This document shows, in pieces, positions 1-10,671 of a stretch of 17,551 nt of DNA. Source of the stretch: Azolla caroliniana. Its lineage: Eukaryota > Plantae > Polypodiophyta. A program made the translations under genes and the position numbers. Position 1 is the stretch's first letter. Each line of letters opens with the position of its first letter. The notes under the pieces are model-generated. The model saw nothing but the letters and a program-made list of their open reading frames with translations. It did no database searches and was not told the DNA's origin. The stretch lies in contig JBHGNT010000689.1 of assembly GCA_043228905.1 (NCBI GenBank), positions 1 through 17,551 on the forward strand, read 5' to 3'.

Positions 1-50
1 AAGAGGAGTGCCGAAAGAAGAAGCGAGAGTCGGCTTCAACTAGCGGACAA

Positions 51-146
51 TTCACGAACTACGCATCGAATTCCAACTACGACAATCGTAGCAGAATGTT
101 CACGAATTATGCATCGAATTCCGACTACGACGATTGTAGCGGAATG
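51..146 (+). repeat. 48-bp in-frame tandem duplication between the gag zinc knuckle and protease
   Basis: 51-98 and 99-146 encode FTNYASNSNYDNRSRM and FTNYASNSDYDDCSGM. Confidence 0.85.
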
Positions 147-1556
147 TTCATGATGAGGCACAAAGTGCACTCAATGGCGACACAAGGTGAAACAAGCACC
201 ACACCCTCAGAGAATGTATGGTTTGTTGACTCGGGAGCATCCGGCCACATGACATCACATGAAGATTGGTTTCGGGAATTATGAAAACCCAAACATCTTG
301 GATATGTTGAGACAGACGATGACATGACTCATCCAATACAACATATCGGGAACGTCCCATTCGGAAACGACGACAAACAAACCTACCTCAGGAACGTACT
401 GCATGTGCCTACCATCACAAAAAACCTGGTCTCGATTGGCTAGATTGTCGAACAAGGAATGCAAGTACGATTCAACAATGATGGGTGCTTTATCGAAAGA
501 GGTGATCAAGTCGTAGCTCACGACCGTCGTGAAGGCCGTATGTTTGTCCTCGAATCAAACGAGATAAAATCGACCATGTTTGCAAAGGGCCTCAAAGTCA
601 AAACCGACCTAAACTTGTGGCACAAGAGAATTGGTCACATCAATCTCCAAAAGCTTCAGAACATGAAATCGAAAGGAGTCGTAATCAGACTCCCGAACTT
701 TACTGCGAAGGAGATTACGACTCGTACAATTCAGAAACCGTGCCAGTTCGGAAAGCAATGCCAACATCCATTCCCAAAAGAGCGGAATGTGAGCAAAGGG
801 ATCCTGGATATTGTACATTCCGATGTATGGGAACCGGCCTAGACAACCACACTCGGCAGATGCCGATATTACATCACATTCATTGACAACTTCTCCAGGC
901 ACACCTGGATCTACTCGATGAGACAGAAAAGCGAAGTGTTCGGACACTTCCAGAGGTTCAAAGCCGAATTCGAAAAAACTACAAGTCGGCACGTACTCTG
1001 CCTTCGATCAGATGGAGGCAAAGAATATTTCTCGGATGAGTTTATGACGTATCTCCGAAATGAAGGAATTCGATGAGAATTTTCATGTCATCACACACCT
1101 CAGCAAAATGGCGTAGCCATGCGGAAGAACTAGCACATAGTAGAGGTTGCACCAGCAATGATGAACAAGAAGAACTTGCCGAAATAATACTGGGCAGACG
1201 CGATGAACACGACCGTATACCTCATGAAAAGGTGCACAACCTCGGGAGTACACGATGCAAGCCCCCACGAGAAGTTTCTTGGTAAGAAGTCGGACTTATC
1301 ACATGTTCGTATTTTCGGCTCAATCACTTATGTGCATATTCTTGATGATACGCAACAAAAGCTCGACCTGAAGTCAGAGAAATGTATCCTCGTGGGGTAC
1401 TCGCTCAAACAGAAGGGGTGCAAATGCTACAATCCATCTACCCGAAAAGTTCAAACAAGTCGAGATGTCGTTTTCGACGAGTTCGCATCCTGGTACGCAC
1501 CAGAGACAACCTCGACTCCGACTCCACTCGACCCGAAATACATTGAAATAGAGGCA

Positions 1557-1575
1557 AGGGTTTAGGGTTTAGGGT
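1557..1575 (+). repeat. interstitial plant telomere-type repeat (TTTAGGG)n
   Basis: AGGG TTTAGGG TTTAGGG T lies at a frameshift junction in the copia pol. Confidence 0.7.
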
Positions 1576-3603
1576 CGACGAAAGTCCAATCACGACCCAA
1601 ATAAGTGGGCCACAAGAACCTCCGAGTGATCAAAGCACATCTCGACCGAGTCCGAAGCTAGAGAAAGGGAAGGCGAAAATGCCAGAGTATGAAGACGATC
1701 ACTTCAACGGCAACGAATCGACTCACTCCCTCGATAGTGAGTTCGAAGCCCTTGACATCTGGACAAATGGAGCGATGAAAGCCTTAGTATCCACAAACGA
1801 GAAGCTCCGCTGATCCACTCGTGAAAAGAACCCCGTAAGCTGATTCGGCTACAACAATTACATGGCGTATCATTACGCCTTTATGATGAAGGTAACATCA
1901 ATACGGGAGCCGGAAACCTTTTTCGAAGTCGTAAAGGATTTGCGATGGGTCGACGCGATGAATGAAGAAATGCAAGCCCTATGCAAAAACGAGACATGGG
2001 ATCTTATTCCTCACATTTCGCACAAGAAAGCGATTGGCTGCCGATGGATTTACAAAGTGAAACACAATGCCAACGGCTCCATAAATCACTTCAAAGCATG
2101 GCTTGTTGCAAAAGGATACACACAAATGCACGGAGTTGACTACGAAGAGACCTTTGACCCGCCGGCAAAGATGACAACTGTGCCCCATTGTGCGAACCGT
2201 GCTTGCAATTGGAGCAACAATAGGGTGGCACCTCCATCAGATGGACGTGAAGAACGCCTTCCTCCAATGGGAACTAGAGGAGGAAGTGTACATGATCCAA
2301 CCACCCGACTTTGAATCGTGCCATCATCCTAATGTCGTGTGCCGACTCAAGAAGCCACTCTATGACCTCAAACAAGCATCGCGTGTGTGGCATTCGAAGA
2401 TCACGCAATATCTTCATCAAATCAGATTTTGAATGTCAAAATCTGATAATTCTCTATACATCCAAAACGAGTAAGATAGCCTAACCTTCATCGTCCTATA
2501 CGTGGATGATTTGGTCAGCAGAGGAAAGGAGCTTGCCGAGATTAACAAGGTCAAATCACTTCTCTCCGGTAGATTCGAAATGAAAGACCTTCACGAGCTC
2601 CATAACTTCTTAGGCATCGAAGTAATTTGGACACCAGTCGGGATAATGATCTCACAACCACACTGCGTCCTCAACTTACTCTACAAGTTTGGCATGATGG
2701 AGTGCAAACCTGTGTCCACCCCGCTTGACCGTAATCTCAAGCTTGATATCGATTCTGGAACAGCCGAGTGCGAGCCAACTCAGTATCGCCAATTGATCGG
2801 CAACCTCATCTACCTAACCATTACGCGACCCGACCTAAGCTATTCGGTTGGCCTACTTAGCCAATTCATGCAGAATCCGCGAAACCTTCATCTTGATTGC
2901 GTAAAGAGGGTACTTCGGTATGCCAGTGGTACGATGGATTACGACATCAAATACATGTCAAATACGATAATTTGACTCGAAGGGTACACAGACGCGGACT
3001 GGATAGGTTATAAAGCGGATAGACGGTCAACATCATGATTCGTCTTCTCCCTCGGTAGCAAAGCAATCTCATGGAGTAGCAACAAGCAACCGACAGTCGC
3101 ACTGTTGAGCACGAAGGCCGAATACAGGGGCACGGTGGTCGCCGCGTGCGAAGCCGTATGGCTCAAGCGTATACTGAAGGATCTGGGCATACCCATCAAT
3201 GATTTGATTCGTCTATACTACGACAACATGAGCAGTATCTATCTGGCGCGGAACCCCGTATTCCACGCACAAACTAAGCATGTCAAAGTGCACTACCGCT
3301 TCATCTACGAATGCATGCAAGCCGGAGATATAGACTTACACCACATCAACACGAATCTATAGGTAGTTGACATTTTCATGAAAGCCCTGGGTATCAACAA
3401 GCTGCGGGAGTTCGCGTCGAACCTTGGCCTATCTATTCTCGACCAGCCGAGCTTGAGGGGGAGTACAGAACAATGAACCGATTGATTGATTGAAGCCGAA
3501 CAAGGAGTACGCAACCGAAAAGCCGAACAATCGAAGTTTGAAGCGTTCTGAAGACCGATCCGAAACAATTTTTCGATATCCGGAAGTTGTGTTCGAAGGG
3601 GCG

Positions 3604-3984
3604 TCTTGAGAATCAAACTCAACTTCCCATAGAAATAGGTTTCACACTAGCTCATGGACATACCAGGCTAGTTTTGTAAATAGTAGAAAGGGCCCTTGCC
3701 CTAGTTTAGTTGGTATTTAAACCAACCTATTGTAACTTTGTTACTGTTGGAAGTAATACATAGTTTTCTCATCTTAAGACTCTCTCTCTCTCTCTCTCTC
3801 TGTTTCTCATAAGTGCTCATACACACACACATAGTCCTACCGCTGCATACAATCACTCTCCTTTCTTTACACTTCTGGTGAGCTTCTTTGTCGGAAGTGA
3901 GATGTCCATGTTCTTGTTGTTCCAGAAGAAGGAATGTCTTTGTGTAGTCTTTGCTTTTCGGTTAGATGTAGAGGATTCTCAACT
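3604..3984 (+). repeat. 3' LTR of the copia element (~381 bp)
   Basis: Preceded by PPT-like GAAGGGGCG (3595-3603). Terminal inverted repeat TTGAGAATC...GATTCTCAA, with the TG/CA ends mutated to TC/CT. Contains a TATTTAA motif and a (CT)n tract. Confidence 0.8.
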
Positions 3985-3989
3985 CTTGT

Positions 3990-4001
3990 GCTCTAATACC
4001 A
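3990..4001 (-). other. primer-binding site (tRNA-iMet type) of a second, minus-strand LTR element
   Basis: Minus strand reads TGGTATTAGAGC, one mismatch to the canonical TGGTATCAGAGC, immediately after an LTR end ...TTTTACA. Confidence 0.8.
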
Positions 4002-4784
4002 TGTAAAAGAATATGCGCAGAAGTGTATGCGGAAGACACAAAGTACATAGTCGGTTATCCGAAAGTATAACAGTTAGGTAAACACAGAGAATGTAGATAC
4101 ACAATATGAGAGAGAGACAAAGAGAGCAGACAACAATACTTAATTCAAAATAATCAACACTCTGTACATATGACGTGCTCAATGAGCACTTTTATACAAG
4201 CCCTAGGACTGACAGAAGTAGCAATGGGCACGGTTTCAACTCAAACCGAACCAAACTATTAAGCTATTGTTTAATGGTTTATTGACCATTCCAAAAAAAA
4301 TTAATGGTTTGGATTTTTGATAATAAGTTCGGTTTCGGTTCTAAACCTCGGGTTTATAGGTTTTTGGCAAACTTTTTTTTTTACCTTAATAGTTTAATTA
4401 ATGATTTTTTATTGATTTAATTAATTTATAAATGTTTATTTAATTGAATGGTTCAATTAAATTATTTTATTGATTTAATAAATTTAACTTAAATGCTTAT
4501 TTAATTTAATGTATTTTTGTTTATTTAGATGTTTAATTAGTTTGACATAAATGGTTAGGTTTAAATTTTTTATTTAATGGTTCAGTTTGGTGTCAACTTT
4601 TCCTAAACGGTTTGGTTTGGTTTTTGTTTTATATAAACGGTTCGGTTTCTTTGCCTTGAAACCAAACATAACTGTTTATATAAAACAAAAGTATTGACAA
4701 GTACTTGAATGCTCATTAACTAAGCTTGACACTAATAACCTATAATAGTCTTATGTACTAAAATAGGAATATAGGTCCCTAACG
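4002..4784 (-). mobile_element. 5' LTR of a minus-strand LTR retrotransposon, interrupted by a MITE
   Basis: Ends in CA next to the PBS, with a minus-strand TATAAAAG at ~4190-4197 and a CT-rich tract downstream. The distal end near ...CCCTAAC (4784) is approximate. Confidence 0.55.
4219..4690. mobile_element. AT-rich non-autonomous DNA transposon (hAT-like MITE), right end eroded
   Basis: Starts TAGCAATGGGCACGGTT, has clustered AAACCGAACC/GGTTCGGTTT subterminal motifs at both ends and a very AT-rich core. No matching right TIR or TSD found. Confidence 0.55.
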
Positions 4785-4944
4785 GCTTGTTGGATTCCAT
4801 CTGACTCGGCCTAGCCGATTGATCTTCATCCGATCCCGCTCTCGGTTTCTTCAACCAATCCGATCGTAGTCGATCGGTCTCCATCTGATCCAGCTCTTGG
4901 CTTCCTCAGCCGATCCAGCTCTCGACTTAAACACCTCACGCATT

Positions 4945-5215
4945 TCTCTAAGTTAGATTTTATTACATGACCAAAATATCTAGATACAGTCTTACCAAAT
5001 GCACTAAGGGTTGCCACTAGACAACTTAGAATATAATCTCACGAACATGAGATCGAGAAATGGTCGTACTAATGGAGTCCTTAGAGAGGAAAGGATAGAT
5101 AGATTATGTCACATAGAGGTAGAGGATGAGTATCACTTTACATGCAAGTGTCCAACTTACGCAGAGATAAGGGCAAAAATACCAAAGACATAGTACTAGG
5201 ACCCTTATCTCGATC
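4945..5215 (+). mobile_element. 3' fragment of a non-LTR retrotransposon (LINE ORF2 C-terminal CCHC region)
   Basis: Translates across a frameshift as QLRI*SHEHEIE / GRTNGVLREERI..LCHIEVEDEYHFTCKCPTYAEIRAK. This matches the LRxSSHxLxIExGR...RxCxxC..EDExHF..CPxY..IR motif of L2/Crack-type LINE ORF2 ends. Confidence 0.75.
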
Positions 5216-5231
5216 CATCTTTTCATTGTTA

Positions 5232-5350
5232 CATGGGGATGGGTGTGATTGATCCGACCCGACCCGACCCGACCCACCCGTAGCCAGGGCATTGGTGCCT
5301 AGAAGATTGGGTCTGTGGGCTCGGGCCTAGCGGTCACGGTCGGGTTTTCC
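5232..5350. repeat. GACCC-repeat segment, probable MITE remnant upstream of the EGF-like gene
   Basis: (CCGAC)n tandem at ~5254-5275, with complementary GGGTC/GGTCGGG motifs downstream. Ends not defined. Confidence 0.35.
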
Positions 5351-5697
5351 GAGGACCCAGATGGAGGGATCATCGGGGCCTTCACTTGGGCTTCTCTCGA
5401 GAGGTTCCATGACGAAAAGTAGGAAAGAAAAGATAAGTGAAACAAAGCTAGCTCTATGGTATATCTATATATATATATATAGGAAATAGTGTGAGATCAA
5501 TTTGTTATTCTTTTTCTTTGTGGGCTTTTTGGGAAGAGGAGGTCGTGGGTTCGAATCTCGATTCAATTCAATCGAGCCACAGATGATGAAGATGATGATG
5601 ATGATGCAGAAGAAGCTGCAAGTTCCCCGTGTGATGATATCCATCCATATCCCACGTCTCTACAGTGCTTCATCCGACCTCTCTCTCACATTCAGCT

Positions 5698-7182
5698 ATG
5701 GCTTCTTCTTCTTCCTCCTCCTCTCTCATCACCATCCCTCTTCTTCTCCTTCTTGTCTCCATGTCCCCTCCCTCCCTTGCTTCCCAGCACTGCGATTCAA
5801 GATGCAGGACAGAGAATTGCGGCAGCGATGGTGTCTGCATATGTGACCTTCCTAGCAATTCTACAATGCTTCTTGGGGATCGATCATTTTTGGGGTAATT
5901 CCACACACACACACACACACACACACATACTCACAGTCACACTTTAAACCTGTATTCTGCTATAAATCTCCATTCTCTCTGTTCTCCTTCTTCTGTTTTA
6001 CTTCCTGAATTTACTGCATTGGATCTGAAATGGCAGGGTTTCCCTTCTGCTGTAAATTGTGTGTAAATGTGCATTATGTATTATATATGTGCAGTAATGC
6101 ATGCATGCATGCATATTATGTGCAATGTGCATATACTCTGTTGAATATGTGTGTATTCAGTATGTTCTTATATGTGTTCAAGATAGTATATTATGAATAA
6201 TATGAACACATTTATCCTCACTGCCTTGAACCTTTACAGCAGAAGATTATACGACTCACCCCACAGAAAATGCCCATCACGACTATATGGGTATTCCAGA
6301 TCAGATATGATCTGAATCGTGATAGTACCTTTACACACACAGAGAGACTTTTCAATACTTGCATCATAGATACTTTTACATCACTGTACATACATATAAC
6401 ACATTATGTATGTGCTCTAATGTCTTAAGATCTTTTTTGTGCACACGATCTATGCATGTCTACTCCATTATTTCAATTTACATATTATATGGATGTATCA
6501 TATGATGCATCCATGATCTGAAGCTATATGATTTGGATGGAGAATAAATCCACATGTTCTGATTAATTGATCATGTTTAATAGGTTGAATGAGTAATTTT
6601 GTAATAGATATGGATCCTGATTTCTAGCAACACTGCTGGTTGGATATGCGGATCCTAATGCTGAACAATGCTACTGGATGTGCATGAGTGTGAAGAAAGG
6701 AAGAGAGATAGATAGAATTCGTTCTCGTTCTCAGAGGTTATCTGAGGCAGAGGCAGAGACAAACCAACAGATATAACTCACTTTGCTGAGGTTGTTCGAC
6801 AAAGACGATAATTTCATGCAATTCAACTCCTACACTTCACAGCCATTGAGTAAATTGGCATGATTTTCAACCTAGGTCTATCGGTTAATAGAAATATGGT
6901 TTTCCAGTGGGGTAAATCTTTGAAGGATAATGATGGTGTTATATAAATGTCTGCAATGGGGCAACTGTGTACATGGGGGATTTTAAAATGGAAGAACAAA
7001 ATATAAAAGTAAAAGCTGAAATGAAAAAAAACAAACCTTCTTTCCGAATTTCACTGTTTGGATCTTCCATGATGATCAATTGGGGGGACTGGGCCAAGCC
7101 CATAGCCAGAGATTGAACTTGGATTCTGTCAATTTTATGACTTTGATGGCATGGTATCAGCATCCAAGCCAACGGAGAAAGA

Positions 7183-7213
<31 letters not shown>

Positions 7214-8187
7214 AGAGAGTGAGAGAGAGAGAGAGAGAGATCCCTTGATTACCTTATTTCAGGGGTAAATTTTGCGACATACCTCGGACCATGTGCGATG
7301 GTACTAACAGCTTCTGGTGCCAAAATGGGACTTGCAATGAGATTGTCCAAGGGGAAACTTACACTTGTTTGTGCGAAGAAGGGTATGCGGGGGAAAATTG
7401 TGAATTAGAGGGAATACCATGCGGCGATTCGTACTGCTTCCACAATGCTGAATGCATACAAGCTGAGGACCCATGTGATTGTCCAGCTGATTGGAAGGGT
7501 AGCCAAGATTGTTCAATGCCAACAGTAAAGAGTAAGTAAGATTTGCTTGTGGATTTATTCCCTCTTGTTTAGTAATATCATCTAGTCTCTAGTTCCATTA
7601 TATGACACTTTTTTTTTGTGTTAATCCAGATTCTGTCAGCGGTAAGCAGCCGACAGGATCCTTCAATACTAATAAGCACAAGGATCATGATGAGGTGATT
7701 GCAACTTAATTTCCGTTATACGCTTTGGTTACCTTTGCTTGATGTTAACTCTCTATATCTCATGCATTCAAGGTCTCCTAAAGAAACACACAAATAAAAT
7801 TCACCCCTTTCCTGTTCTAAATTCTATCATTGAACACCTCACCTTAAGTGGTGGTACCCATCCAAGCTGTATATAAGTGGTGCTCTCCCTATTCAATCTG
7901 CTATGCTGATACACCCAAGATCTTTTCAAATGGGTGAGTACATTAGCACTTGAGAGTTACTTCACTGGCATTAAAGCAAATCTCTTGTTTTCTTTACATT
8001 ACAGTGGTATCTTCCAGTTGCCATAGTGGTGGTGGTGGCGATCGGCATTCTTATTGGTGTAAAGTCGATGAGAAAGCGGGCGGCAGCGACAAAGTTTTAC
8101 AAACTTCAACAAGTGCAAATGCAAGGGTTTGAGGAAGATGAAGAGGCATTAGCGCATGGCCCTTTGACAAAGGCACAAATAGTTTGA
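5698..8187 (+). CDS. EGF-like-repeat single-pass membrane protein, 237 aa, 4 exons: 5698-5894, 7263-7531, 7630-7694, 8005-8187
   Basis: GT-AG introns with consistent phases (2,1,0) give 714 nt in one frame. The product has a signal peptide (MASS..LITIPLLLLLVS), Cys-rich EGF-like repeats (CDGTNSFWCQNGTCNEIVQGETYTCLCEEGYAGENCE; PCGDSYCFHNAECIQAEDPCDCPADWKGSQDC), a TM helix (WYLPVAIVVVVAIGILIGV), a basic stop-transfer KSMRKR and a short acidic tail. Confidence 0.88.
5902..5927. repeat. (CA)n microsatellite at the start of intron 1
   Basis: Direct read. Confidence 0.9.
7181..7240. repeat. interrupted (GA)n microsatellite near the end of intron 1
   Basis: Direct read; ends ~22 nt before the acceptor AG at 7261-7262. 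Confidence 0.9.
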
Positions 8188-9731
8188 AGCATCCTTAATT
8201 ATTAATCTGTGTGATCTAATGAGGCACATTATGAATCACTAAGCACCGGAGTCCAATCATTGCCAGTAAAAGATGTAGAAAAGGGAATGTACGAGACCGT
8301 CTTTGACTTAGCCTAGATTTGTCGTGAATGTTTACTTTACTTGCAAAGGATTGAAGAAGGTTTCTCATCTTTATGCAGACCCACAAATTTTCAATATTCA
8401 TTTAATTCCTAAGAGAGTCATTATACCAAATTTGAGCAGCAAATCAATGTTAGATATGTTTTTTATGGTTCTACAGTAGAAAAAGGTAGTGTTTGCTTAA
8501 GACAGAATGCAGATGATGAACTATTTAGACTGGCGAAAGAACATGGGTTGAATGGTATAACTTTATGGTTGATTGCACAGCCAACTGTTGAACAGAACAA
8601 ACCCTTCATATGCACATATGCTTTGTGATATATCCCTCAGCTCTGTAATGTACATCTGAGTATGCCTGTCTTAAGACAGGGATGCTTCAAAAAAGTTTAA
8701 ACATAATCATACTATTCTCTAACATCCTAAAAATTTGTATATGTATTATTATTTGTCATGAATGCTCAAAAGGTAATGCATTGAGATTGGCAAGACTTAA
8801 ATAACGTTGATTAATATGGCTTATGCAGCTGGCGAAAATTACTTAGCTGCATCAAATAATAGAACTAAAGATTGGATGCATATTGGAAGTGCTGTTTAAA
8901 AATAGTTATCATAGCAAAATCATGGATGTGAGTAGTGATAGGTAGCAAGAATGGAATAGGAAGAAAAGATAAATGGTAGTTTAACTCCATCATAGTCTGA
9001 AATGTGGGCCAAGAAATGCATATACTCTAGCCATTAGAAAAATTATTTAAAAATCATCACTGTCCAACTCCTCAAATTAAGATAATACACATGGTTTATA
9101 AATGGAAACATATGCTGAGACCCACATTACCATGCTTACTGGTCAAACCATCCATTAATGACCACTGTATAATGAATGAAAGTTTATATAATGCTCACAC
9201 CGATTGATGGTTGCTATATGCTGAAGAACCAACTAACCTCAGTTAGTATGTGAGTTGAAGCTGAGATGAGGCATCAGTGGCTGAAGCCATCCCCATCACA
9301 GCCCTCATATGGCGAAAGGAACACATGTTTTTCATCCATCAACACCAAATGATTAAAGATATGATGCCTTTTAATGATTGCCAACATTTACTGTCTTCCT
9401 GGAAGCTCTACAATGGATCATGAGACAACAAAATTGAGAATCCAAAACAATCCCCATCACAGCGATTGCAGGGTATATGTATGCATTACAATATTGAATT
9501 GATGGTTGCTCTAAATGATGAAATGTGACAGCGAAGGCCAGAAATGGTATGGTCAAAAAAGAATCTGTAATGAAATTTTAATTTTTCTGCACAGGGACCA
9601 TATAATCGTTGGATATTATCAAATTCTTTTGTCATTCAGGGAGGATTATTGTATGATATTTACTTATATGAAGTTGTACAGTACAGTTGATCCCAAGACA
9701 AGACGATATAGAGAATAAGATCGTATACAAT

Positions 9732-9841
9732 CTACTTAATTTGATGGCTTGTTGGTTACTGAAGAAAATATATGTTTGCTATCCACTACTGATTTGATAG
9801 CTTTGCTGCTGACTGAAGAAAAGATATATGTGACATCCACT
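9732..9841. repeat. degenerate ~54-bp tandem duplication
   Basis: ATTTGATRGCTT...ACTGAAGAAAA...ATATATGT...ATCCACT occurs twice. Confidence 0.7.
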
Positions 9842-10064
9842 GGTTTAAATTTTGACTAGAAAAGAGAAGATCACTCATTCACTAAAAACAATACTTTCTG
9901 GTTTAAATTTTGTCTTTTGAAAATTTTCCAGTTGAAACATATTTATGAAGGGGTAAAATTCCAGATAGAAATAAATCAATTCTCTTCCAAAATCCATACT
10001 TTTCTCACCATTCTTCTTAGTCTCTCGCATGAAAAGATAAGAATTTCTTCCAAAAACTTCACGC

Positions 10065-10671
10065 AAGCTACTTGAGAAACAGTCTCAAAACATCAAAGAT
10101 TTCAAGCCCTAATTCTATTGCATCATGATAGCAGCTTGAAAATTGGTCTCAACAAATCAATACTCCAAAAGCAAAGAGAGCTACTAGAGAACGTGTCTCA
10201 GATGATTAAAATATTCCAAATGTAAATGGTACATACATTAATGACATCTGCTCAAATCGGCCACTGTATCATGAAAGCTACTTAAGAAATGGGCATCAAT
10301 GTATCAACATTCCAAAGGGTAATGCTATATACATCATGAAATCTACTTGAAATGGCCACTACATCCAGATAGCTACTTGAGAAATGGTCTCAAAACATCA
10401 TATACACCATGAAAGCTACTGTCAAAAGGGTCTTAACAAATCAAAATGTTCCGAAAAGAAAATGTTATGTTCACCCCGAAAACTTCTCCAAATACTTGAC
10501 ATTTCCGAAAGCCAAATTGTATGCACATCATGAATGCTTCTCTCGAAATGCTCAATATTTGCATTTCCCAGAAAAATTGTATATACATCACGGATAGCAG
10601 ATCAGAATTCTCAATATCTCCAACGCAAAAATGTTTATATACATCATGAAAGATTCTTGAGAAAATGGTCA
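10065..10671. repeat. degenerate tandem array (~10 units of ~30-65 bp) in the 3' flank/UTR of the minus-strand gene
   Basis: Recurring core TATATACATCATGAAAGCTACTTGAGAAATGGTCTCAA, whole or partial, at roughly 10065, 10120, 10180, 10268, 10326, 10370, 10400, 10520, 10580 and 10636. Confidence 0.8.

Larger units (their letters stand above)
1..3476 (+). pseudogene. copia gag-pol polyprotein pseudogene (PR-IN-RT-RH)
   Basis: ORF fragments 96-284, 459-842, 1203-1565, 1862-2314, 2190-2432, 2502-2975 and 3105-3362 are collinear pieces separated by stops and frameshifts. Several stops are consistent with C>T changes (CGA>TGA, CAG>TAG). The frame ends ...SLRGSTEQ*. Confidence 0.92.
1..3984 (+). mobile_element. 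Ty1/copia LTR retrotransposon, decayed; 5' end lies outside the window
   Basis: Copia domain order is read across broken frames: protease WFVDSGASGHMT, GAG-pre-integrase LWHKRIGHIN, integrase (VHSDVW, HTPQQNGVA), RT (CRWIYKVK, HQMDVKNAFL, YVDDL), RNase H (STKAEY, DNMSSI, NPVFHAQTKH). These are followed by a PPT and a 3' LTR. Confidence 0.95.

Noticed and set aside
4785-4930. GATC-rich degenerate repeat segment (GATCCAGCTCT twice)
   Set aside because: Probably a TE fragment, but no termini, TSD or coding signal allow a call.
5502-5947. Overlapping ORFs 5502-5846, 5670-5924 and 5753-5947
   Set aside because: Low-complexity alternative frames over the leader and exon 1 of the EGF-like gene.
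9288-9463. Repeated ATCCCCATCACAGC and nearby TGATGA motifs suggesting snoRNAs
   Set aside because: No paired C/D boxes with a terminal stem and no identifiable rRNA guide.
10065-10671. CRISPR-like appearance of the repeat array
   Set aside because: Eukaryotic context, highly degenerate repeats, inter-core segments related to each other, and no cas genes.
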